Of a stretch of DNA of 64,000 nucleotides, positions 47,618 to 56,447 are shown piece by piece. The first letter of the stretch is position 1, and the number at the start of each line of letters is the position of its first letter. The notes beneath the pieces were generated by a model. That model did no database searches and was not told where the DNA came from. It saw only the letters and a list, made by a program, of their open reading frames with translations. The position numbers were made by a program, and so were the translations under genes. The DNA is from Burkholderiales bacterium (lineage in GTDB: Bacteria > Pseudomonadota > Gammaproteobacteria > Burkholderiales > SG8-39): the NCBI GenBank assembly GCA_020848075.1, contig JADLAV010000084.1, positions 4,387-68,386 of the forward strand, in the 5' to 3' direction.

Positions 47618-49114
47618 TCAGCGTGCGCGGTCCGCGGCGGCGCCGGCCGCGATCCGCTCCCGGATCACGGCGAAGAACGGATTGCTGCGCAGGCGCTCGA
47701 GCGTGCTCGCCGGGACCACCAGCGCGCCGGGCTCGCCGCGTGTCGCGAGGTTGCCGAGGCTGAAGCCGAGCGGACCGGCCGCGGTCGGCGCGATGCCGTA
47801 CAGCGGATCGTCCGGCGGAAAGGGCACCGCGACGTGCCCGAGCGAGAAGACGCCGAGCGGCCACGCGAGTCCGAGCTCCTCGACGTCGACCTCCTTGTGC
47901 TTCGCCTCGCGCGTGAACGTCGCGACCGCTGTCGAGTCCGGCCCGGTGCTTCCCACCAGCGTGAGGCGGAACGGCAGCGCGGGCGCCGCGACGATCCGAC
48001 CGAACGCCTCGCGCGGACCGCTTGCGATCAGGGCGTCCCAGCCCTTCCCGTGATTCACGTCGAACACGACGAGCTCGCTCCGGTCGGACGCGATCGGCAT
48101 GAAGAGGCGGCCGGCCACGTCGGCCGCGGTCACCGTCGCGTCGACGAGCGACTGGAAGGCGAGCATCGGCGGCATGCGCGCCAGGCTGCCGCCGGCCTGC
48201 GCCCGCGCGAGCTCCACTTGCAGCGTCTGGGTCAGGCCGTAGATCTGGTTCGCGGCGTTGACCGGGAAGGAGTTGTACTTGTAGGGGTCGTACTCGGGCA
48301 GCACGTCGAGCCACTTCGCCTTCTCGAAGTACGGCAGGAACGACAGGCCGGCGACCACGTTCGTCAGTACCGCGAAGCGCGAGATGCCGATCGCGGGCGA
48401 AAAGAGCAGCAGCCGGTCCGGCGCCCGTACGGACGGGTCCTTGAGCGAGCGCAGCGCGTACAGGACCATGAGCGCGCCGCCGGTCGAGTAGCCGCCGGCG
48501 TAGAACGGCTGCCCCGCGCCGGCGCGTGCTGCGGCGTGCCGCGCCGCGAGAGTGACCGCCGCCGACCAGTCCTCCCATTGGACGTCGCGCAGGGCGGCGG
48601 GCACGGTGCCGTGGCCGGGCAGGCGCAGCACGAGCACGTAGAACCCCTCGTCGCGCAGGAGCTCCGCTACCGCCCGCATGCTGTAGGGCGAGTCCGAGAG
48701 GCCGTGCACCAGCAGGGCGGCGCCGCGGATCTCCGGCGGGACGAGCTCGTAGGAGCGGTTGTAGGGGGTCTCGAGCGCGAGGCGCGCAGTGGGGCTGCGC
48801 GGGTTGTAGCGGCCGAGCGCGTAGGTGTCCGCGGCGGCGGGGTCGTCGAGCACGCGCCTGCGCAAGTCCGAGAAGAGCCGGTCCTCGAGCTTGCGGTAGT
48901 CGTCGAAGCTCATCGACGGCCCGTCGCGCCGCGCGCTGAACTCCTCCGCGAGCGCCATCGTATGCCAGGCATGCAGCTCCGGCAGCCGCACCCGCGCCTG
49001 GACCGCGAAGACGAGCACGATCGTCGCGAGCACGGCGAGCACAAGGACGCCGGCGTATGCCGCCCAGCGCACAAGGTGCATGCCGCCGGAGGTCAAGGTC
49101 GGTACGAGTTTCAC
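47618..49114 (-). CDS. Membrane-anchored alpha/beta hydrolase
   Basis: N-terminal TM (AAYAGVLVLAVLATIVLVFAV), LLVHGLSDSP, and nucleophile elbow GGYSTGG. Confidence 0.7.
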   Translation of the reverse strand: MKLVPTLTSGGMHLVRWAAYAGVLVLAVLATIVLVFAVQARVRLPELHAWHTMALAEEFSARRDGPSMSFDDYRKLEDRLFSDLRRRVLDDPAAADTYALGRYNPRSPTARLALETPYNRSYELVPPEIRGAALLVHGLSDSPYSMRAVAELLRDEGFYVLVLRLPGHGTVPAALRDVQWEDWSAAVTLAARHAAARAGAGQPFYAGGYSTGGALMVLYALRSLKDPSVRAPDRLLLFSPAIGISRFAVLTNVVAGLSFLPYFEKAKWLDVLPEYDPYKYNSFPVNAANQIYGLTQTLQVELARAQAGGSLARMPPMLAFQSLVDATVTAADVAGRLFMPIASDRSELVVFDVNHGKGWDALIASGPREAFGRIVAAPALPFRLTLVGSTGPDSTAVATFTREAKHKEVDVEELGLAWPLGVFSLGHVAVPFPPDDPLYGIAPTAAGPLGFSLGNLATRGEPGALVVPASTLERLRSNPFFAVIRERIAAGAAADRAR

Positions 49115-49282
49115 GGCCGCCTCTGCATCGCGTCATCGACGCGAAAGATCGTCACGCCCGAGCGCTCTCAACCGGTGCGAGGATTCGCTGCGTATCGCAA
49201 TGACCTCGGACTGGATTCCCGCTCCCGATGACTACACTCGGGGGCAAGCTTCGCGGCAATGACGGCATTCTTCGCGGATGCG

Positions 49283-49687
49283 CTAGCCGCCCGCCGCCGG
49301 CGGCACCGGCCGCGGCCGGCGGTTCTCGTCGGTCGCGACATAGGTGAGCGTCGCCTCGGTCACCTTCACCACCTCGACGTCGACGGGGCTGCGCTGCGCG
49401 TACACCTCGACCCTGATCGTGAGCGAGGTGTTGCCGACCCGCACCACGTCCGCGTAGAAGGAGAGGACGTCCCCCATGTACACGGGCTGCTTGAACTGGA
49501 ATGCGTTTACGGCGACGGTCGCGACGCGCCCGCGCGCGCGCTGCATCGCCGCCACGCCGCCGGCGAGGTCGACCTGCGCCATGATCCAGCCGCCGAACAC
49601 GTCGCCGTGGACGTTCACGTCGGCGGGCATCGGCACGACACGCAGCACGGGCTCCTTGCCCCGCGGGAGGCGTACGGGATCGCTCAT
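49283..49687 (-). CDS. Acyl-CoA thioesterase (hotdog fold, YciA-like)
   Basis: 134 aa. ...MPADVNVHGDVFGGWIMAQVDLAGG.... Confidence 0.85.
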   Translation of the reverse strand: MSDPVRLPRGKEPVLRVVPMPADVNVHGDVFGGWIMAQVDLAGGVAAMQRARGRVATVAVNAFQFKQPVYMGDVLSFYADVVRVGNTSLTIRVEVYAQRSPVDVEVVKVTEATLTYVATDENRRPRPVPPAAGG

Positions 49688-49732
49688 CGCGACGGCATTG
49701 TATAGCGCCGCGCCGGCGGGACGCGGCCGGAG

Positions 49733-51661
49733 CTAGGCGCCGCGCTGGGCGATGTAATGCAACGGCCCGCCGCGGAATGGCGCGAATCCCGTCCCGAAGA
49801 TGAGTCCCGCGTCGGCGAGGTCCGCATCGGCGACGATGCCTTCCTCGACCACCTTCTTCGCTTCGGCGAGGTAGGGCGCCATCAGGCGATCGATCAGATC
49901 CTCGCTCGGCTCGCCGCCGGGGCCCTTCTCCGGCTTGTCTCGGACCCAGCGGTAGAAGCCCTCGCCGGTCTTCTTTCCGAGCTTGCCCGCGTCGATCAGC
50001 GTCGAGAGGCTCGCCGGCATCGCGGCGCCCTCGCCGACGAGGGATTTGCCGGCCGCCGCGCAGATGTCGAGCCCGACCGTATCGGCGAGCTCGATCGGTC
50101 CCATCGGCATGCCGAACCGGGTCGCGGCGGCATCGACGGTCTCCTTCGCGACGCCCTCGTCGACGAGCCGGAACGCCTGCAGCAGGTAGGGGCCGAGCAC
50201 GCGGTTCACCAGGAAGCCGGGCGCATCCTTCACCGGCAGCGGCAACTTGTCGATCTGGCGCACGAATGCCGCGCCCTCCCGCGCCCACCGCGGATCGGTG
50301 CGCTCGCCGCGCACCACCTCGACGAGCTGCATCTGCGGGACCGGGTTGAAGAAATGCAGCCCGACGAGGCGAGCGGGGTTCGCGAGCGCGGTGCCGATAT
50401 CGGCGAGCTTCAGGCTCGAGGTGTTGGTGGCGAGGATCGCCGTCGGCTTGGCGACCTGCTCCAGGCGCGCGAAGAGCTCCCGCTTCGCCTCGAGGTTCTC
50501 GAAGATCGCCTCGATGATCACGTCGGCGTGGCGTGCGCCGTCGCCCGCCACGTCGGGAATCAGGCGATCCATCGCGTCGCGTGCGCGCAGCTTGTCGCGC
50601 ACTCGCTTGCGGAAGAGCTCGGCCGCGCGCTTCATCGCCGGCGCCAGCCGCTCGGGGCTCTGGTCCTGCAGCGTGACGGCGAGGCCGCGCATCGCGCATA
50701 CCGCGGCGATGTCGCCGCCCATCGTCCCGGCGCCGACCACGTGCACGCGCAGCGCGGTGAAATCGCTCTCCTTGCCGAGGGACTTCATGCGCTCCTGGAG
50801 CCCGAAGATCCGGACCAGGCTGCGGGTGGTCGGGTGCTGCGCGAGATAAGCGATGGACGCCGGGTCGTCCTTGCCCGGCCCGAACGGATCGCCGTCGTGC
50901 TTCAGCCACAGCTCGAGGATCGCGTAGGGCGCGGGATACTGCTCGCGGCGCGCCTTCTTCTCGAGCTGGCGCAGCGCGAGCCTGGCAACGACGGGCTTCA
51001 GCGGACCGTTCATCAGCCGGTCCTTGAGCGGCAGCTCGCGCGGCGCTGGGGCTTCGAGCACCATGATGCGCGCGGTGTTGTCCATCACGCGCGACGGGAC
51101 GCTTGCGTCGGCGAGGCCGATCCGCTTCGCGCGGCGCGCGTCGACCGGCCGGCCGGTCATCATCATGTCGAGCGCGGCGCTCGGGCCGACGACCCGCGGC
51201 AGCCGCATCACGCCGCCCCATCCGGGCAGGATGCCGAGCATCACCTCGGGCAGCGCGAAGCGCGTGCCGGGCTCGTCGACCGCAATGCGGTAGCGGCAGG
51301 CGAGGGCGAGCTCGAGCCCGCCGCCCATGCAGAATCCGCGCACCAGCGCCGCGGTCGGAAACGGCATCGCGGCGAGCTTGTTGAACGTGTCCCAGCCGCG
51401 CCGCACGATCGCGAGGGCTTCTTCGGTGGACGCGATCCGCGTGAACTCCTCGATGTCGGCGCCCGCGATGAACCCCGAGGCCTTGCCGGAACGGATGACG
51501 AGGCCGCGTGGCCTGCGCACGGCGAGCTCGTCCAGGACCGCGTTCAGTTCCTGCATGACCTCGGTCGAGAAGGTGTTGGTCGAGCTTCCGGCGCGATCGA
51601 AGGTGAGCCAGACGATGCCGTCGCGATCGGTCTCGAGGCCGAAGTGTTTGTACTCCCCCAT
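49733..51661 (-). CDS. fadB: Multifunctional enoyl-CoA hydratase / 3-hydroxyacyl-CoA dehydrogenase (FadB/FadJ-like)
   Basis: Trimmed to the ATG at 51661 (MGEYKHFGLETDRDGIVWLTF). Crotonase N-domain and NAD-binding VVGAGTMGGDIA. Confidence 0.9.
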   Translation of the reverse strand: MGEYKHFGLETDRDGIVWLTFDRAGSSTNTFSTEVMQELNAVLDELAVRRPRGLVIRSGKASGFIAGADIEEFTRIASTEEALAIVRRGWDTFNKLAAMPFPTAALVRGFCMGGGLELALACRYRIAVDEPGTRFALPEVMLGILPGWGGVMRLPRVVGPSAALDMMMTGRPVDARRAKRIGLADASVPSRVMDNTARIMVLEAPAPRELPLKDRLMNGPLKPVVARLALRQLEKKARREQYPAPYAILELWLKHDGDPFGPGKDDPASIAYLAQHPTTRSLVRIFGLQERMKSLGKESDFTALRVHVVGAGTMGGDIAAVCAMRGLAVTLQDQSPERLAPAMKRAAELFRKRVRDKLRARDAMDRLIPDVAGDGARHADVIIEAIFENLEAKRELFARLEQVAKPTAILATNTSSLKLADIGTALANPARLVGLHFFNPVPQMQLVEVVRGERTDPRWAREGAAFVRQIDKLPLPVKDAPGFLVNRVLGPYLLQAFRLVDEGVAKETVDAAATRFGMPMGPIELADTVGLDICAAAGKSLVGEGAAMPASLSTLIDAGKLGKKTGEGFYRWVRDKPEKGPGGEPSEDLIDRLMAPYLAEAKKVVEEGIVADADLADAGLIFGTGFAPFRGGPLHYIAQRGA

Positions 51662-51711
51662 CGCCCGTTCTCCCCGGAAGGCGCTGTCTGCAGGCTTCAT
51701 CGTCCTGCCCC

Positions 51712-53022
51712 TCAGACCGTTTCGACGAGCATCGCGCCGCCCTGCCCGCCGCCGATGCAGATCGACGCGATGCCGCGTCTGCCCCCGGTGCGCTTCAGCG
51801 CATGCACGAGATGGAGGACGATGCGCGCACCCGAAGCGCCGACCGGGTGGCCGAGCGCGACCGCACCGCCATCGATGTTGAGCTTCTCCATGTCGAGCTC
51901 GCCCGCGGCCGTTTCCAGCCCGAGTTCGGTCGTGCAGTACTCCGCGCTCTTCCATGCCTCGAGGCACGCGAGCACCTGCGCGGCGAACGCCTCGTTGATC
52001 TCCCACAAGTCGAGGTCGTTCAGCCCGAGGCCGTGCCGCTGCATGATGGGGGTGGCCGCGTGCACCGGGCCGAGTCCCATCTGCGCGGGGTCGAGCGCCG
52101 CCCACTGCGAGTCGACGATCCGGGCCATGGGCGCAAGGCCGTGGCGCGTCATCGCCTCCTCGGTGGCGAGGATCAGCCACGCCCCGCCGTCGGTGACCTG
52201 TGAGCTGTTGCCCGCGGTGACCGTGCCGTACTTGCGGTCGAAGAACGGCTTCAGCTTGGCGAGGTTCTGCAACGAGGAGTCGCGGCGCAGGCCGTCGTCG
52301 TCCTGGTAGAGCGTCCCCCGGTCGTCGAAGACCGGAGCGATCTCGGCCGGAAGACCTTGCGCGCGGTCTCCCGCGAACCATCCTGCGTCCTGCGCGCGCG
52401 CGACGCGCTGATGGCTGCGAACCGCGTACTCGTCCTGCTGCTCGCGCGTGATGCCGAAGCGGTAGGCGAGGTTCTCGGCGGTCTGGCCCATGATCAGCCC
52501 GACGTTCGGGTCGGTCAGTCCCTTCATGATTCCGAGCACCGGGGCGAGGTAGCCGAGCCGCAGCTTCGCGACCGCCGCAGCCTTCCGCGGCAGCGTCTTC
52601 GCCGCGTAGAAGTCGGACAGCCAGTTGACCATGGCCTCCGAGAAAAGGAGCGGCGCGCGCGAGAGCGCGTCCACGCCGCCGGCGAGGACGAGCTCCGAGC
52701 GGCCGATCATCATGTTCGCGATCGCCGAATCGAGCGCCTGCATCCCCGATGCGCAGTTGCGCATCACCGTCCAGCCGGGCACTTTCTGCCCGCAACCCAT
52801 CCGGAGCGCCACCACGCGCCCGATGTTGACCTCGTCCACCGAGGGCGCGGCGCAGCCGAGGATCACCTCGTCGAGCTCGTCCGGAGCGAACGGCTGGCGG
52901 GCGAGCAGCTGCTTCCCCGCCTGGGTGGCCAGGTCGCTCGCCGCGAACGGACCGGGCCGGTTGCGCGCCTTGAGGAACGGCGTGCGCGCGCCGTCCACGA
53001 CGAAAATGCTCTTGCGTGTCAT
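51712..53022 (-). CDS. fadA: 3-ketoacyl-CoA thiolase
   Basis: 436 aa. Active-site contexts VMRNCASGMQAL and ...NIDGGAVALGHP...CIGGGQGGA. Confidence 0.9.
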   Translation of the reverse strand: MTRKSIFVVDGARTPFLKARNRPGPFAASDLATQAGKQLLARQPFAPDELDEVILGCAAPSVDEVNIGRVVALRMGCGQKVPGWTVMRNCASGMQALDSAIANMMIGRSELVLAGGVDALSRAPLLFSEAMVNWLSDFYAAKTLPRKAAAVAKLRLGYLAPVLGIMKGLTDPNVGLIMGQTAENLAYRFGITREQQDEYAVRSHQRVARAQDAGWFAGDRAQGLPAEIAPVFDDRGTLYQDDDGLRRDSSLQNLAKLKPFFDRKYGTVTAGNSSQVTDGGAWLILATEEAMTRHGLAPMARIVDSQWAALDPAQMGLGPVHAATPIMQRHGLGLNDLDLWEINEAFAAQVLACLEAWKSAEYCTTELGLETAAGELDMEKLNIDGGAVALGHPVGASGARIVLHLVHALKRTGGRRGIASICIGGGQGGAMLVETV

Positions 53023-53118
53023 CGATGCTCTCCTCGCGTATCCCGTGCCGCCATCGGCGGCGCGTCGTCACGGGCACGGGTGTCGAGCCATCCGGCGTGA
53101 TGCCCGCCGCGCCGCGCC

Positions 53119-53364
53119 TCAGTTGCAGGCCCGCTGATAGTCCCATCCGGCGTTCAGACACCGGCCGCTGTAGAACTGGTCGCTGACCGGGATGGGCCTG
53201 CCGCACCAGAAGCTCGCGCGCCTCGCCGCGGCCACGCACTCGGGGGTCGCATTCGGGCGCACCTCGAAGCGCGGAATGATCTCCACGTTGTCGTAATCGG
53301 GCATCATCGAGCATGCGGCTGCCAGCGCGAGCGGCAGGAGCAGCGCGAATCGCGCGCGCCTCAT
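53119..53364 (-). CDS. Small lipoprotein (81 aa), Cys-containing mature part
   Basis: MRRARFALLLPLALAAAC lipobox. The ATG overlaps the fadE stop (ATGA). The mature part has further cysteines (..PECVAAARRASFWCGRP..GRCLNAGWDYQRACN). Confidence 0.5.
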   Translation of the reverse strand: MRRARFALLLPLALAAACSMMPDYDNVEIIPRFEVRPNATPECVAAARRASFWCGRPIPVSDQFYSGRCLNAGWDYQRACN

Positions 53365-55835
53365 GCCGCCGCCTTCCTGAGCGCGGGCTGCTTGACAAAC
53401 TCCGAGAGCCCGAAGTCCTGCGGAAAGTCGTCGACCCGGATCACGCGCTCGCGCAGCGCCTGCGCCCGCACGAGCTCGGCGTGCTCGCCGCTGCTGATGA
53501 TGCCTCGGTCGAGCGCGGTCCGCGCGAGCGCCTCGGGCGTCGCGCCAGCGATCTCGCCGGCCTTCTGCGCGGCGCGGATGCGCACCTCGATGCCTTCGGC
53601 GCGGATCGCGGCCACGAGCGCGACCTCGAGGCAGCCGACCGGGTCCTGCTCGTCGTGCGGCAGGTACATCCCGGAGGTCAGCCGGTCGCGCGTCGTCGAC
53701 GGTTCGATGAGCAGCGCCGCCACCTCGTGCCCGAGGCGGTCCGACGGCACGACATACGGCCGCCCGAGCGGGAAGATGCAGCGCGCGAGCATCCACCGCA
53801 CCGGCTTCGACGGGAAGTTCGCGATCACGCCCTCGAACGCATTCTGCGCGCTGAACATCGCGTCCCAGATCGCCCAGTGCATGAGGGGCGCGTCCGCCGC
53901 CTGCCGGCCCTCGTCCTCGAAGCGCTTGAGCGTCGCCGAGCAGAGATACATCAGCGAGAGGATGTCGCCGAGGCGCGCCGAGAGCTTCTCGCGGCGTTTG
54001 AGCGCGCCCCCGATCACCAGCATCGAGACATCGGCGAGAAACGCGAAGGCGCTCGAGAACCGGGTGAGCTGCTGGTAGTAGCGGCGCGTGCCCGGGGCGA
54101 CGTTCGCCGGCGCGCGCACCCAGTGCGAGCCGGTGATGCCCATCACGAACGTGCGCACCGCGTTCGAGAGCATGAAGCGGACGTGCCCGAAGAGCGCCCG
54201 GTCGAACTGCACCGATGCCTTGCCGCGATCGGGCTCGCGCGCGGCCTCCATCTCCTTCAGCACGTACGGATGACAGCGGATCGCGCCCTGGCCGAAGATG
54301 ATCATGCTGCGGGTCAGGATGTTCGCGCCCTCGACCGTGATCGACACCGGCACCTGCTGGTAGGCGCGACCGAGGAAGTTCGACGGGCCGAGGCAGATGC
54401 CCTTGCCCCCGATCACGTCCATCGCGTCATTGACGTTCCGGCGGGCGCGCTCGGTGACGTGGTACTTGACGATCGCGGAGAGCACCGATGGCTTCTCGCC
54501 GAGGTCGACCGCGCCGGCGGTCATGACGCGCGCCGCGTCCATCATGTACAGGTTGGCGCCGATCCGGGTGAGCGGCTCCTCGATCCCGTCGAACTTGCCG
54601 ATCGGCGTCTTGAACTGGACGCGCACCCGGGCATACGCGCCGGTCGCGCGCGCGGCGAGCTTCGACATGCCGACGTTGGAGGAGGGGAGCGAGATGGAGC
54701 GTCCGGCCGCGAGCGATTCCATCAGCATGCGCCAGCCGCTGCCGGCCATCTTCGGCCCGCCGATGATCCAGTCGAGCGGCATGAACACGTCCTTGCCCCA
54801 GTTCGGTCCGTTCTGGAACACGGCGTTCAACGGCATGTGCCGCCGGCCGATGTTCACGCCGGGCGTGTCGGTCGGCACGAGCGCGCAGGTGATGCCGAGG
54901 TCGTCTACCGGCCCGAGCAGGTGCTCGGGATCGTACAGGCGGAACGCGAGGCCGAGGAGCGTCGCCACCGGGCCGAGCGTGATGTAGCGCTTGTCCCAGC
55001 TGACGCGCATCCCGACGATCTCTTTCCCCTGCCACGTGCCCTTGCAGACGACGCCCCGGTCGGGAATCGCGGCGGCGTCCGAGCCGGCGTGCGGATTGGT
55101 GAGCGCGAACGCGGGGATCTCGAGGCCCTGCGCGAGGCGCGGCAGGTAGTGGTTCTTCTGCTCGTCGGTGCCGTAGTGCAGCAGGAGCTCGGCCGGGCCG
55201 AGCGAGTTCGGCACCATCACCGTCACCGCGGCCGCGCTGCAGCGCGAGGAGAGCTTCATCACGACCTGCGAATGCGCGTAGGCGGAGAATTCCTTCCCGC
55301 CGTAGCGCTTCGGGATGATCATGCCGAGGAAGCCCTTGTCCTTGATGAACTGCCACGCCTCGGGCGGCATGTCGTAGTTGTGGTGCGTCTGCTCCCAGTC
55401 GTTCGACATCGCGCAGAGCTCTTCGCACTCGCCGTCGAGGAACGCCTGCTCCTCGGCGGTGAGCGCCGGCCGCGGGAACGCGAGCAGCTTCGCCCAGTCC
55501 GGCCGGCCCGAGAAGAGCTCGCCGTCCCACCACACCGTGCCGGCGTTGAGCGCCTCCGATTCGGTCTGCGACATCGGCGGCGCGATCGCCCGGAACGCGG
55601 CGAGCAGCCGGTTGCTGATCAGCCTGCGGCGGAGCGGCGTGAAGTTGAGCGCGGCGGCGGCGAGCCCGAGGGCCACGAGCAGGAGCACGGTCGCGAGCGG
55701 CGGCAACCCGGTCGCCGCGGCGATTCCGAGCACGAACACGCCCGCGGCCGCGGCCCAGAGCCAGCCGGGTGCCATCGCGTAGGCGGCCGCGGCTGCAACC
55801 GCGACGAATCCGACGATCCAAAGTGCTGCCGTCAT
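53361..55835 (-). CDS. fadE: Large membrane-associated acyl-CoA dehydrogenase (FadE-type)
   Basis: Trimmed to the ATG at 55835 (GAGGAG RBS). N-terminal TM helices followed by the ACAD core (..IIPKRYGGKEFSAYAHS..TNPHAGSDAAAI..). Confidence 0.9.
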   Translation of the reverse strand: MTAALWIVGFVAVAAAAAYAMAPGWLWAAAAGVFVLGIAAATGLPPLATVLLLVALGLAAAALNFTPLRRRLISNRLLAAFRAIAPPMSQTESEALNAGTVWWDGELFSGRPDWAKLLAFPRPALTAEEQAFLDGECEELCAMSNDWEQTHHNYDMPPEAWQFIKDKGFLGMIIPKRYGGKEFSAYAHSQVVMKLSSRCSAAAVTVMVPNSLGPAELLLHYGTDEQKNHYLPRLAQGLEIPAFALTNPHAGSDAAAIPDRGVVCKGTWQGKEIVGMRVSWDKRYITLGPVATLLGLAFRLYDPEHLLGPVDDLGITCALVPTDTPGVNIGRRHMPLNAVFQNGPNWGKDVFMPLDWIIGGPKMAGSGWRMLMESLAAGRSISLPSSNVGMSKLAARATGAYARVRVQFKTPIGKFDGIEEPLTRIGANLYMMDAARVMTAGAVDLGEKPSVLSAIVKYHVTERARRNVNDAMDVIGGKGICLGPSNFLGRAYQQVPVSITVEGANILTRSMIIFGQGAIRCHPYVLKEMEAAREPDRGKASVQFDRALFGHVRFMLSNAVRTFVMGITGSHWVRAPANVAPGTRRYYQQLTRFSSAFAFLADVSMLVIGGALKRREKLSARLGDILSLMYLCSATLKRFEDEGRQAADAPLMHWAIWDAMFSAQNAFEGVIANFPSKPVRWMLARCIFPLGRPYVVPSDRLGHEVAALLIEPSTTRDRLTSGMYLPHDEQDPVGCLEVALVAAIRAEGIEVRIRAAQKAGEIAGATPEALARTALDRGIISSGEHAELVRAQALRERVIRVDDFPQDFGLSEFVKQPALRKAAA

Positions 55836-55884
55836 GACATTGCTCCTCGTACGCTCGCGCGTGCAGCGGGCTCGCAACCGCGGC

Positions 55885-56229
55885 TCACGCGGTCCCCACC
55901 GAGGGACGCGTCGTCGCAAACGGTGGACTCTGCTGCGCTGCGTGCACCGGTTTCTGGTCGTCGAATTCCGGAAGCGGCGCCTTCAGCCCGGCGATCAGGA
56001 ACGGGGCGAGCCGGCGCAGCAGCCGCTCGTCGTTGTCGGTCTCGACGGGATTGAGCGCCGCGATGAGCCGCCACGCGTCGGCGCCGGCGAGCGTGTACGC
56101 GAGCGCCCCCATCGTGAAGTGCAGGCGCCACGCGAGCTCGCGCCGCGGGCGCCCTGCCGGCGCTCGCAGGTGTCCTGTCCCTGCCCCGCCTCCGGCGCGC
56201 CGTTCCGGTGCATGCGGTTCCTCGTTCAA
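55885..56229 (-). pseudogene. Apparent 3' remnant of a TetR-family regulator (C-terminal ligand domain only, no HTH)
   Basis: ..RRELAWRLHFTMGALAYTLAGADAWRLIAALNPVETDNDERLLRRLAPFLIAGLKAPLP resembles TetR C-terminal domains. The frame closes at a TGA at 56239-56241. No HTH-coding frame lies upstream before the ABC gene. Confidence 0.4.
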
Positions 56230-56242
56230 ACGATCGTTTCAA
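56225..56242. promoter_or_regulatory. Palindromic operator candidate TTCAAACGATCGTTTCAA (PsrA/FadR-TetR-like AAAC-N4-GTTT)
   Basis: Perfect 12-bp core palindrome AAACGATCGTTT at 56228-56239 with symmetric TT/AA flanks. Confidence 0.45.
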
Positions 56243-56447
56243 GCATACGTTGGGATCCCTCCCTGTCAACCCTTCGCTGCGCTGGCGCTGCCGCGATTGC
56301 CTCACTCCCGCGTGCCGGGGCGCGTTCTAAATCCTTGGGTAAGCTTGATTTCCACGGGAGCGACGCAACCTTTAGAATCGTCCGCCTAACCATGACGCGC
56401 GCGGCAAGTTGCAGCGCGCCAATCGGCGATCCTGCCCCCCAGCACGC

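Noticed and set aside
55885-56229. An intact small TetR-like regulator of 114 aa.
   Set aside because: No helix-turn-helix can be encoded, the apparent start is a TTG inside the palindrome, and the frame closes just upstream. It is treated as a probable remnant and reported as a finding at low confidence.
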